Below are positions 1 to 8,744 of a stretch of DNA of 64,000 nt, in pieces. A model generated the notes under the pieces. The model saw only the letters and a program-made list of their open reading frames with translations, was not told the origin of the DNA and did no database searches. The stretch is from positions 1 through 64,000 of IMG/VR virus record IMGVR_UViG_3300025133_005699; one strand, given 5' to 3'. Made by a program: the position numbers and the translations under genes. Each line of letters starts with the position of its first letter. Position 1 is the first letter of the stretch. This DNA comes from a virus.

Positions 1-38
1 TGTTTGATAACTCTTACGTTGTGTGTTGCATTAATCAT
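1..38 (-). CDS. 5' end of a small hypothetical gene running off the window (MINATHNVRVIK...)
   Basis: ATG at 38-36, preceded by an AAAGGA Shine-Dalgarno (SD) and a perfect sigma70 promoter; frame open to the edge. Confidence 0.5.
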   Translation of the reverse strand, partial: MINATHNVRVIK

Positions 39-83
39 ATCGTTGTTTCCTTTGTTGTTTGTATCGTTGTTTGTCATACTTAA

Positions 84-112
84 ATTATATACTAAATGGG
101 TCATTGTGTCAA
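84..112 (-). promoter_or_regulatory. Consensus sigma70-type promoter (early/host RNAP)
   Basis: Minus strand reads TTGACA-17 bp-TATAAT exactly. Confidence 0.85.
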
Positions 113-125
113 TAGCAATCGTTAA

Positions 126-314
126 TTAATTATATCTTTTTAGCAAGTATTTTTTATCGTTACTATTAGCGATTGGACTAATTACATTTAGCTTATCACC
201 TATGTTTAACTTAGCGTGCGATGCGTGAATAGTATATCGAACACCTTGCAACCGTTCAACTAAGTAGCGATTGTGAACACCGTTAAATCGTAGTTCTTTT
301 TTTACTGTAAACAT
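126..314 (-). CDS. Small basic hypothetical protein (early-type gene), 62 aa
   Basis: ORF with AAAGGA SD; AT-rich small-gene context. Confidence 0.6.
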   Translation of the reverse strand: MFTVKKELRFNGVHNRYLVERLQGVRYTIHASHAKLNIGDKLNVISPIANSNDKKYLLKRYN

Positions 315-347
315 TTTGTTGTCCTTTGTTTAACTCTTATACTATTA

Positions 348-375
348 ATATCGTCATTTTAGCACAGATTCTTTA
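348..375 (-). promoter_or_regulatory. Possible sigma28 (FliA/SigD)-like promoter
   Basis: Minus strand TAAA-N16-GACGATAT versus consensus TAAA-N15-GCCGATAA. Confidence 0.35.
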
Positions 376-420
376 ATCACACAAGCCCAAATCAACCATT
401 TTCTCAGAATAATCCCAAAT

Positions 421-450
421 ACTTTTTACCCCCCTCGTGGGGGGAAAGGT
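421..450. other. GC-rich hairpin at the boundary between early-type genes and the sugar operon
   Basis: ACTTTT-TA-CCCCCC-TCGT-GGGGGG-AAAGGT inverted repeat. Confidence 0.5.
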
Positions 451-611
451 GCCCCCGTCGGCGGCCGCCCTAGTAGGTCAGGGTAGTTGTTTGTTCAGTA
501 GAAAAGTAGCTGCCTGTTTGTGTTTGCCCCGTGGTGGTGTAAACGAAAAGTAACATAAAATATATCAATGTATTAGCTAATCCTTCTCGACTGGCCCCCA
601 CCTCGCCCCTT

Positions 612-1268
612 TTAGCTCCAAATCTCGTAATTAGATATATCTTTGTATTTCCATGATCCTCCCGAATCATCATTGTTTTCTTTTGTCCTGTCAAATAGTT
701 CTATACCACGAGCAGCTTGCTCAGGAGGCATATACATGTTCCATCCCACTATCGTTGGCTCAGGCATTTCATCGTGGGGTACACGCCTGTCCCTTCCTTC
801 GTATTCAGCTAGCTTAAGCCAGTCAACGGCTTCCGCATCGTCTGTTAGTATCATTCCCCCTTTAGCGATTGGCAATATCTTTCTAATATGAAAAGATAGA
901 CATTGGTATGACCCCTTAACATACATATCTTTAGTGAATCTTGTAGCACCATCTATAATCGGATATGGGTCTAGCTGATAAGCTCCAGACCATTCAAGGT
1001 CAGTAAACTCGACTTCACACCCAGCATGTATAACGCTTTGAGGTACAGACAGGTATGTCTTTTTAGGAACTTTAACCTTGCCGGTTGCATTGAGATACTT
1101 GAGGCAAAGAAAAAGGCTATTGGTACAACTGTCTGTTGCAACAGCATACTTACTACCCGCATACTTGGCAACCTTGTGTTCAAACGCCTCCACAATATCC
1201 CAAGGGTCGTTAATGATGTATCCGTCCTTTTCTAGGGACGAGATAGTTTTTTTTAATGGACTATACAT
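612..1268 (-). CDS. DegT/DnrJ/EryC1/StrS-family PLP sugar aminotransferase (short form, 218 aa)
   Basis: FEHKVAKYAGSKYAVATDSCT, IIDGA, SFHIRKILPIAKGGMI (PLP lysine motif). Confidence 0.85.
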   Translation of the reverse strand: MYSPLKKTISSLEKDGYIINDPWDIVEAFEHKVAKYAGSKYAVATDSCTNSLFLCLKYLNATGKVKVPKKTYLSVPQSVIHAGCEVEFTDLEWSGAYQLDPYPIIDGATRFTKDMYVKGSYQCLSFHIRKILPIAKGGMILTDDAEAVDWLKLAEYEGRDRRVPHDEMPEPTIVGWNMYMPPEQAARGIELFDRTKENNDDSGGSWKYKDISNYEIWS

Positions 1269-1269
1269 T

Positions 1270-2022
1270 TTACCACTCTATAATAGGAGAGTCGTGGTAC
1301 CGACCTCCGTTGTATTTTTTGTCTATTTTTTCTGTGAATTCATCCATCGAATATGATCCGCCCCAAGAATCTATATCATGATACAATATGTATCCACTTT
1401 CACTATTTCGGACAAGAGGCAAATAGGTGTCCTGTAGGTCGTGGTGCAGTTCGCAAATGGCGTGATTACTAATAACCAAATCAAACTTAAAATCATACCA
1501 CGGTTGAACTTCGTCTGGGCAAATTTTGGTAATTTGTATTGCATGGTGGCTCAAGTATTTTTCTTGAAGCTCTAAAACTATTGGAATGTCTACCATGTAA
1601 ACTTCAGATATGTCAATCAAATCTGACAGTATTTTTATTTGTCCGCCATAACCACCACCTATTTCTAAAACTTTAATATTTTTTTTATTTTTAACCAATT
1701 CTTTTATTTGATGGGCTATGGCCATGTATTTCACTGTACCCGTACCTATAGACCCTTTGAATAGTTCGCTCTCCCGTTTTTCGCCACCACCTATCGTGTC
1801 ATTCTCTTTAAACTTTTCTAGTAGTTCATCGCTAATATTTTTGTCTCTAAGTAGGCCACAGCACCCATTAAACTCTGAGAGACTAACATGCTCTAATATG
1901 CCCCTATATCTCGGATCTGATTTAAACTCCCCTAGTCCGTCTTTAACAGCCTTTTGAACGGCCTCAAGATAGTCTCCATCACCCTCCCAGTTTTTTATAT
2001 AACTCATTTTTATTTTCTCCAT
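1270..2022 (-). CDS. SAM-dependent (putative sugar O-) methyltransferase
   Basis: VLEIGGGYGG motif I, YMVD, FDLVISNHAICE. Confidence 0.8.
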   Translation of the reverse strand: MEKIKMSYIKNWEGDGDYLEAVQKAVKDGLGEFKSDPRYRGILEHVSLSEFNGCCGLLRDKNISDELLEKFKENDTIGGGEKRESELFKGSIGTGTVKYMAIAHQIKELVKNKKNIKVLEIGGGYGGQIKILSDLIDISEVYMVDIPIVLELQEKYLSHHAIQITKICPDEVQPWYDFKFDLVISNHAICELHHDLQDTYLPLVRNSESGYILYHDIDSWGGSYSMDEFTEKIDKKYNGGRYHDSPIIEW

Positions 2023-2687
2023 TCATATAATCTATAGTAATCTCCGAGCACAAACTTTCTGCTGGCCGTAGCGGAGCTTTTAGCCGCAGACTCATCGTAT
2101 TTATCATAAGGCAATACCCTGAAGTCCATACTAACCCTAGTCCTGCCTGTTTTGTTTTCTTTATTTCCGTGGATACATTTGTTGCCATAGAATATAGTGT
2201 AATCTCCCACTTCCATTTCTACTGGCTTAAAATCGCCTAGACCGGGAACTGATTCTAACCACATTGCATTAGAGTCCCACATTTTAGTGAGGGCGACCTG
2301 AAAGTTAATCTCCCAGTCTGGATGGTTGTGATTTTCATCAGAGTCGTGATGCCACTTGTGAATGGCCTGATCGTTTGGTATGTGCACCCTGAAGCTGGGG
2401 AAAGTCTGGTAGACGAATGACCCTTCGAACATTGGGGCAACCACGTTCTTAATAAAAGCCTCGTAGACCGCCTTTACATCGTCCCCTTTGTCAGAATTTA
2501 AGGCACCATAGAATGTAGAGTGAAAATCTGTCCTTGTTTCGTTGTCAAAGTTAAGCTTATCTGGCGGCATCAAGTCGCTTCTAAGCTCGTGTAAATTATG
2601 TAGCTCCCCTTGCGGAACGCCAAATATCTTTTCAACCTCTCCACAAAAGTTATAATTGTCAGTGTCATAAGTGCTGATTACGCTCAT
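2010..2687 (-). CDS. 2OG-Fe(II) dioxygenase (PhyH/StrG-like)
   Basis: WHHD (HxD), distal CIHGN, RVSMDFR 2OG-binding motif. Confidence 0.75.
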   Translation of the reverse strand: MSVISTYDTDNYNFCGEVEKIFGVPQGELHNLHELRSDLMPPDKLNFDNETRTDFHSTFYGALNSDKGDDVKAVYEAFIKNVVAPMFEGSFVYQTFPSFRVHIPNDQAIHKWHHDSDENHNHPDWEINFQVALTKMWDSNAMWLESVPGLGDFKPVEMEVGDYTIFYGNKCIHGNKENKTGRTRVSMDFRVLPYDKYDESAAKSSATASRKFVLGDYYRLYEWRK

Positions 2688-3262
2688 TATTTTCTCCTCG
2701 ATAGCATGTGACCCTCAATCCACGATGGATCAAAGTTTTTCATATTGTATTGGTCTTGAATATCTTTGAAGTGAAGGTTTTCAAAACCCATGTCGTGCAT
2801 AAGCTCTTCTGACTTGAACTTAGCAGAATTAAGATTATTTCTTCCCAAGAAGTATCCTCCCTTAATAATATTCTTAGCTGCCCATTTTTGCCCATAAATT
2901 TTTAGCTCTGGTGTTTTAGGAAAACTTCCGAGATCATTATGGCAGAAAGCTATTGGTATGTTGTCCACTTCGGAAAGCTCCATGCAATCCTTCTCGATTA
3001 CGCAGTCATGTCCGATTGGATTATGTAAGTCATAACCAATACATCTATCTCGGCCAAAGTGATCGCACAATAAATCAAGTGCAACACATCTGTTTGTGCC
3101 AAGCAGGACTATGTATCCGTCTTTAGGAATGTCCTGAAGCTGAAGGATAACTTTTTCAAGTATTTGATATCCGTAATAGTTTTTTCCGTAGTTGTCTACA
3201 TCCGAATGCTCTTCTGGGCTATCGTACCAGTATTCTTTACTGTAAAATTGTTTTTCTGACAT
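2687..3262 (-). CDS. Methyltransferase-like (degenerate SAM fold) protein
   Basis: IVLLGT...CIGYDL, IIKGGYFL; operon context. Confidence 0.45.
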   Translation of the reverse strand: MSEKQFYSKEYWYDSPEEHSDVDNYGKNYYGYQILEKVILQLQDIPKDGYIVLLGTNRCVALDLLCDHFGRDRCIGYDLHNPIGHDCVIEKDCMELSEVDNIPIAFCHNDLGSFPKTPELKIYGQKWAAKNIIKGGYFLGRNNLNSAKFKSEELMHDMGFENLHFKDIQDQYNMKNFDPSWIEGHMLSRRK

Positions 3263-3263
3263 T

Positions 3264-4148
3264 TTATCTTTCTTCTATGTCCTGTAGGTTTACAAGCTTC
3301 CACTCGTCTTTATATTGTTTTATATATTTATACCTTTTTTCGTCATCCACAAATAGAGATACTCCCGGACTTTCTATACTCCACTCGTTTACATGCTCCC
3401 CTCCTTCTGGAACCGGAACAAATATCTCAGAAGCGCTTGATAAAAACGCGGCAAACCAAGAAAAGGTACTTTGTGACATTATTATTTTGTTAAAAGATTT
3501 TATTGTATTAAAGTCTTCTATGGTGCTTCCAGCAACCAGCTCAGGGCTGTACTTGTCAAGGCTTTCCATGTATTTGTGAAACATTGGATGGTCTATTGTT
3601 TCTGGATCAGAGCAAATGTAAAGTCTGTCAAAAGACATAGACTCCAAAGCCTTATGGAAGTATTCTGTCGGCATTACATACGGGTTCTCTTCTAGGTCTC
3701 CCAGTATACAATCACCAAGCCTAAGATGTATAATGGCGTCGTGTTTAGTTTGACCAACATCTTTATACTCTGTTTTTAGCCACTGTCTAATCTGTTTTTT
3801 ATATGGTTTATAGTATTCATATTTTTGAAAGAACGCCATAGGGCCGATAGCTATCGCAGCATCCTTAATCTTTATCGCTTTGTCCATATTAAAGTCTGAG
3901 TCCGATCTAATCACAACATTTCCATAACCCTTTGCTATGGCCTCAACGAGACATCTGCTTGTCTGACTACTGAATTGTTGAACTTTACGTGGAGACATAC
4001 AGTCCCCATCAACCAACTCTCTCGTTCCAAGAAATCCGTTTATTGGCCTGTTGTCAAGGTAAAATCCCATGCGGCTGGCAAGGATTCTGCCAAGGCAATA
4101 TTGTAACAATGTGTTACCGAGACCTCCACTATAGTTTACAATAATCAT
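3264..4148 (-). CDS. GT11 alpha-1,2-fucosyltransferase-like glycosyltransferase
   Basis: GGLGNTLLQY, HLRLGD (HxRxxD), SQSTFSWFAAFLS. Confidence 0.85.
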   Translation of the reverse strand: MIIVNYSGGLGNTLLQYCLGRILASRMGFYLDNRPINGFLGTRELVDGDCMSPRKVQQFSSQTSRCLVEAIAKGYGNVVIRSDSDFNMDKAIKIKDAAIAIGPMAFFQKYEYYKPYKKQIRQWLKTEYKDVGQTKHDAIIHLRLGDCILGDLEENPYVMPTEYFHKALESMSFDRLYICSDPETIDHPMFHKYMESLDKYSPELVAGSTIEDFNTIKSFNKIIMSQSTFSWFAAFLSSASEIFVPVPEGGEHVNEWSIESPGVSLFVDDEKRYKYIKQYKDEWKLVNLQDIEER

Positions 4149-4162
4149 ATAATTTTACTCCT

Positions 4163-4342
4163 TTAGTATTTTAGTCTTGGTATATCACGCACAGCATCCA
4201 CTATAGCTACAAAAAATGGGTGAGATATAAATATCATAGATATAATTGCAAAAATCGCACACCCAACCATAAATTTTGACAAGTCTAGTGTCTTATAGTC
4301 TTTAGGATCATAACTAGGAGGTCTATAGGGATTCACACTCAT
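4163..4342 (-). CDS. 59-aa membrane peptide with N-terminal NPYxxP motif (missing from the ORF track)
   Basis: MSVNPYRPPSYDPKDYKTLDLSKFMVGCAIFAIISMIFISHPFFVAIVDAVRDIPRLKY; stop abuts the SD of the GT11 gene. Confidence 0.7.
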   Translation of the reverse strand: MSVNPYRPPSYDPKDYKTLDLSKFMVGCAIFAIISMIFISHPFFVAIVDAVRDIPRLKY

Positions 4343-4493
4343 TATTTATTCCCATATGGTTAATAATTATATTAAACTCCACCACTAAAATCGCCCCTTA
4401 TGTTTTTCATGCTAATATTTACAGACCCATTTAGGCCCTAATTTTAAATATCTATACCTATTTCCGTAGGTTTTTGTAAAAAGACTTATTTTA

Positions 4494-4509
4494 TGTGTAT
4501 ATTTATTTA
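4494..4509 (+). promoter_or_regulatory. Late promoter motif TGTGTATW-N6-TR, copy 1
   Basis: TGTGTATA tttatt TA upstream of the acidic protein/sigma/terminase operon. Confidence 0.7.
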
Positions 4510-4571
4510 CAAAACACCTACAATGTTGTATACAATTGTAACACTTTTAACACAGATAAAATGGAGTTCCC

Positions 4572-4871
4572 ATGCCAAGTAATAAAGATGAACCAAAAGA
4601 AATTGAATCCGAATTCGTAGCCAGAGCCTCTGAAGAGCTAGAAGATGCAGTAGCGGAAGAATTGGAAGTCGAAGACCCCTCTGTAGAAGAAGCGGCGGCG
4701 ATTATCGAAGAGCTTTCTGTCGAAATCCCGGTAGTTGAAGAAGCTGTTGAAGCTAAAGAAGTTTGTGAAGCCGAGTGTGAAGCTCAGTGTGAAGCTGAGT
4801 GTGAAGAAGAGGCTTCGGCTCAGGAGCCAGACTCCGATGATCCTCCGGTCCGTATGAGGGGGCCTCAATAG
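4572..4871 (+). CDS. Very acidic 99-aa protein with (CExx)4 repeat
   Basis: GGAG SD; Glu-rich; 12-bp tandem repeat at about 4763-4810. Confidence 0.7.
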   Translation: MPSNKDEPKEIESEFVARASEELEDAVAEELEVEDPSVEEAAAIIEELSVEIPVVEEAVEAKEVCEAECEAQCEAECEEEASAQEPDSDDPPVRMRGPQ

Positions 4872-5375
4872 TTGAAAATACCTAGTAATATGTCAGAGCA
4901 AGAAGTTGTTGATATAATTACTAAGGTTAGCGAAAGACTGTCCAACAAATTCACGTTCGCATTCTATACTACTGAAGATATAAAGCAGGAAGCTTTTATT
5001 ATAGGTATGGAGGCGCTTGAAAGATATGATGAGAGTAAACCTTTAGAGAATTTCTTATTTGTCCACATGGCGAATAGATTAAAGAATTTTAAAAGAGATA
5101 ACTACTTTCGTCAGGACGAAGGTAAGGCAGAGAAGGTACAGAAGAGGAAAAAGAATCTTCTAGAGCCTGCTAACTTAGAAAATTTCAGCGTCGCTCGTGA
5201 AGAGGAGGACTTATTGTCCAAAATATCTAATTCCGAAATAATGGAGTTAGTCAAGAGGAGTATACCCTCAAATATGAGGTCGGACTATTTAAGATTGTGT
5301 GCCGGAGTCTCAGTATCCAAAAATAGGAAAGCAGAGATAGAGGCAGTAATCAGGGAGATAATTGAAGGCGAATGA
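4872..5375 (+). CDS. Phage sigma70-family factor (region 2; probable late sigma), TTG start
   Basis: EDIKQEAFIIGMEALERYDESKPLENFLFVHMANRLKNFKR resembles sigma region 2; only 167 aa. Confidence 0.75.
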   Translation: MKIPSNMSEQEVVDIITKVSERLSNKFTFAFYTTEDIKQEAFIIGMEALERYDESKPLENFLFVHMANRLKNFKRDNYFRQDEGKAEKVQKRKKNLLEPANLENFSVAREEEDLLSKISNSEIMELVKRSIPSNMRSDYLRLCAGVSVSKNRKAEIEAVIREIIEGE

Positions 5376-6169
5376 AGCGAGGGCGTTTTTCAGTAGAAGA
5401 GACACAATATATCGAGCAAAATTGCGAGGCTCTTTCTCCAGAGGCCATAGCCGATCATCTTGATCGTAGTGCTTCGTCTATAACTGCGTGGATCGAAGAG
5501 AATGTAGGGTTCTCGGCGAAACAGAAAAAGGAAGTCGAGGCCCATCGGGAACTCAGACAGAAACCTTACTGGGGCGAACTATTAAAGCAGTTCTCTGAGT
5601 CAGAATTGGACTTATTTCAGTTCCACTTCAAAAAGATGTGGGCGCAGTTCAAAGATGACGTGTTTCACACAGAAGAAATCCAAATCGTGGATACCATCAA
5701 GCTCGAAATTCTAATGAATCGCATCTTAACGAGTCAAAATGAAAACCTGACAGACATTGAGGCGACGCAGCTCCTAATTCAGGTCGAGAAGGAACAAGAT
5801 ACTGCGGATCAAGACCGTGACTACATCTCGTCACTAGAGCGCCAAGTATCTATGGCTAGGGCGGCGCATGAGACGCTATCTAAGGATTATAAAGATCTCC
5901 AGACACGTAAAGCAATAATGCTTAAAGATCTTAAGGGAACGAGAGAGCAGCGTATTAAACAAATCGAAGACTCTAAGCTGACGTTTGCATCGCTGGTGAA
6001 ACAGATATCATCAGATCCTACTTTCAGAAGCCAGATAGGAATGGAAATGGAAAAAATGCGTTTGGCAACTGAAGCTGAGAAAGAGCGTTTATCACAGTAT
6101 ATTCAATATGAGGATGGACAGATAGATCAACCATTTCTGTCCGCAGAAACCACTAAAGGAGGAAAATAA
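5372..6169 (+). CDS. HTH plus coiled-coil protein, probable terminase small subunit
   Basis: N-terminal Myb/HTH-like segment KRGRFSVEETQYIEQN...EAIADHLDRS; coiled coil; upstream of TerL. Confidence 0.5.
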   Translation: MKRGRFSVEETQYIEQNCEALSPEAIADHLDRSASSITAWIEENVGFSAKQKKEVEAHRELRQKPYWGELLKQFSESELDLFQFHFKKMWAQFKDDVFHTEEIQIVDTIKLEILMNRILTSQNENLTDIEATQLLIQVEKEQDTADQDRDYISSLERQVSMARAAHETLSKDYKDLQTRKAIMLKDLKGTREQRIKQIEDSKLTFASLVKQISSDPTFRSQIGMEMEKMRLATEAEKERLSQYIQYEDGQIDQPFLSAETTKGGK

Positions 6170-6170
6170 T

Positions 6171-7337
6171 ATGAAGACCGCAATTATATTTGGGGTGACA
6201 GGCCAAGACGGTAGTTATTTAGCCGACTTGCTACTTTCTAAAAAATATAAGGTAGTAGGAGTCGCTAGACGTAGTAGCGTGGATACGACGGAGAGAATCG
6301 GCGAGCAATTAAAGCATCGCAACTTCTTACTCGTCGAGGGAGATATTACCGACGGATTTTGTGTTGCAGACATTATTAATAAACATGAGCCGGATGAAGT
6401 ATATAATCTTGCCGCACAGTCGCACGTAGGTACCTCATTTAAGCAGCCGACACTAACTTGGGACGTAACTGCCGCTGGATGTTTAAACATCTTAGAAGCG
6501 ATCAGAGCGTGTCCTAGAAGGGAACAAATTAAGTTTTATCAAGCGTCTTCGAGTGAAATGTTTGGTAAAAATTACTCAGTCTCCGGAACTGAACCAAGTG
6601 TGGGGGATACTCTCCTTGGGGTTGGCTCTACAATAAAATATCAAGACGAAGACACACCTTTCATTCCTCAGTCACCTTATGCTATCGCCAAACTAGCTGC
6701 GCACCACCTTGTGAGGAACTATAGAGATAGCTATGAGATATTTGGGTGTTGTGGTATATTGTTTAATCATGAGAGCGAGCGACGAGGAGAAAACTTCGTA
6801 ACCAGAAAGATTACTAAGTGGATAGCTAGATTCTTGGCTTGGGAGAAAAAAAATTCCACCGAAATACCATATGACTGTAGATTTGGCATTGGGGAAGAGG
6901 GCATTAGTATGCCAAGAGAACGACAGTTCATGGATATGATAGCAACACCTCGCTTTCCTAAACTCAGGCTTGGAAATTTAGATGCACAGAGAGATTGGGG
7001 TCACGCGAAAGATTATGTGCGGGCTATGTGGCTTATGCTACAAGAAGATATTCCTGAAGACTATGTTGTAGCGACAGGAAAGACTCATAGCGTTAGAGAT
7101 TTCTTAGATATTGCTTTTGAGAGAGCTGGAATAAGTGGCTGGGAAGATTTCGTATTTATTGATCCAGAATTCTTCAGACCGGCAGAGGTTGATTATCTAT
7201 TAGGTATTCCAGACAAAGCAAAGAACCAGCTTGGCTGGGAGCCTGAAATTTCGTTTGAGCAATTAGTACACAATATGATTGATGGAGATTTAGATGAGGA
7301 ACTACTCAGACCCAAGCTACAAGAAGTTCAGGACTGA
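6171..7337 (+). CDS. gmd: GDP-mannose 4,6-dehydratase
   Basis: GVTGQDGSYL, YNLAAQSHV, YQASSSEMFG, SPYAIAK, LFNHES, RDWGHAKDYV. Confidence 0.97.
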   Translation: MKTAIIFGVTGQDGSYLADLLLSKKYKVVGVARRSSVDTTERIGEQLKHRNFLLVEGDITDGFCVADIINKHEPDEVYNLAAQSHVGTSFKQPTLTWDVTAAGCLNILEAIRACPRREQIKFYQASSSEMFGKNYSVSGTEPSVGDTLLGVGSTIKYQDEDTPFIPQSPYAIAKLAAHHLVRNYRDSYEIFGCCGILFNHESERRGENFVTRKITKWIARFLAWEKKNSTEIPYDCRFGIGEEGISMPRERQFMDMIATPRFPKLRLGNLDAQRDWGHAKDYVRAMWLMLQEDIPEDYVVATGKTHSVRDFLDIAFERAGISGWEDFVFIDPEFFRPAEVDYLLGIPDKAKNQLGWEPEISFEQLVHNMIDGDLDEELLRPKLQEVQD

Positions 7338-7560
7338 CGTTCTGAAGAGAGATAAGTTTACCTGTAAGATGTGCAAGTCTAAGGGTGTTAAGGGCAAACG
7401 TAAAAAACTGTATGTTCACCACATTAGAAAATGGGCTAGCGCGTCTTCGTTGAGATACGAAGTAAGCAATGGAATATCTCTTTGCTATAATTGCCACAAA
7501 GAGGTTACAGGTAAAGAAGAACACTACGAATATTATTTATTAGGATTATTGGAGAGGTAA
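7294..7560 (+). CDS. HNH endonuclease
   Basis: VLKRDKFTCKMC...VHHI...NGISLCYNCH. Confidence 0.85.
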   Translation: MRNYSDPSYKKFRTDVLKRDKFTCKMCKSKGVKGKRKKLYVHHIRKWASASSLRYEVSNGISLCYNCHKEVTGKEEHYEYYLLGLLER

Positions 7561-8210
7561 TGGAAAACATTTTACCAAGAGAAGCAGAGCATCAACTACC
7601 AGAATGGCTTACGGGCCAGATGTCCGACCTAGAAAGACAAAAACTTTTTGATTGGGTTTATACGAGTGAGCCCTCTACGGTAGTAGAAATCGGTGGTGGG
7701 TCAGGAGGAGGTTCTACTTTTTCTATAGCTGAGGCTATGGCTAGACTGCGGGACGAGGGCAAGTGTCAAAACTCTGTTCTTCTAACCGCAGATCCGCAAA
7801 ATGGACCGGCTAGAGAGTTTTATGGGCAGAACGAAAGGTATAAGGACTTTATCAAGTTCCTATCGTTTTCTTCAGAATTTGAGTATATTTTTCCAAGTCA
7901 GATTTTGCCCTCTCCTGATTTTCTATTCTTTGATGGGCCCGAAGATCCCACTCTTAATTTAGAAGATTTTAAGTTTTTTGACAATATAGTAAAAAGCGGT
8001 TGTAAGTTTTCATGTCACGACTGGGAGACATCACCAAGAGCTTTTGATGGAGCTACATCCGTTAAGGCTTCAATGTTGAGGCCATATCTAGAAGGTCTTG
8101 AAACATGGGAAACCTCGGAGTACTTGTCTGGACTAGATGGTGAGTGGCCAAACTTAGACCCCGAATCTAGAGCAGTATCTGTAGGGTTAATATGTATGGT
8201 GAAAAAATAA
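7560..8210 (+). CDS. Class I SAM methyltransferase (Methyltransf_24-like)
   Basis: VVEIGGGSGGGST, DFLFFDG, CHDW. Confidence 0.75.
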   Translation: MENILPREAEHQLPEWLTGQMSDLERQKLFDWVYTSEPSTVVEIGGGSGGGSTFSIAEAMARLRDEGKCQNSVLLTADPQNGPAREFYGQNERYKDFIKFLSFSSEFEYIFPSQILPSPDFLFFDGPEDPTLNLEDFKFFDNIVKSGCKFSCHDWETSPRAFDGATSVKASMLRPYLEGLETWETSEYLSGLDGEWPNLDPESRAVSVGLICMVKK

Positions 8211-8228
8211 CACGGAGACACTAAACAG

Positions 8229-8744
8229 GTGGCAAAGAAAATACCAAACTATACCGTCATTAAAGACACCAGAGAGCAGCGTGGCTGGATTTTTAACAAA
8301 TCCGACCGATGTGACGGTATGCGTGTCGAAACGCTTAAGACGGGCGACTACACGCTCAAGGGCTTCGAGGAAATGGTTTGTATGGAGCGAAAGTTTAGTG
8401 TGGAAGAAATAGCCACCAATTTAGGCAAAAAGAAAAAGGCTTTTGGAGAAGAGATGAAAAGAATGAGGGAATTTCCCTTTAAGTTCATTATCTGTGAGTT
8501 TACTTTGGATGATTTGGTTAATTATCCGAACTCTATCTTTTCTGAGGAGATGAAGAAAGCAAGACCGGAATTTACAAAAAGTAAAATAGCAGAGAGAAAA
8601 GTCACAGGGAAGTACTTATTAAAAGCCCTTATGGAATACCAGATATGGAATGGAGTACATATTTTGTTCTGTGGAGATAAGACAAATGGGTTCTATGTCG
8701 CTAGCAGTATTTTTAAGAGATTAAACGAGATGTTTCATGAGTAG
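8229..8744 (+). CDS. ERCC4/XPF-type structure-specific endonuclease
   Basis: DTREQ, LKTGDY, MERK motifs. Confidence 0.85.
   Translation: MAKKIPNYTVIKDTREQRGWIFNKSDRCDGMRVETLKTGDYTLKGFEEMVCMERKFSVEEIATNLGKKKKAFGEEMKRMREFPFKFIICEFTLDDLVNYPNSIFSEEMKKARPEFTKSKIAERKVTGKYLLKALMEYQIWNGVHILFCGDKTNGFYVASSIFKRLNEMFHE

Noticed and set aside
470-694. 74-aa minus-strand ORF
   Set aside because: Overlaps the aminotransferase 3' end and the GC-rich non-coding box; no SD or motif
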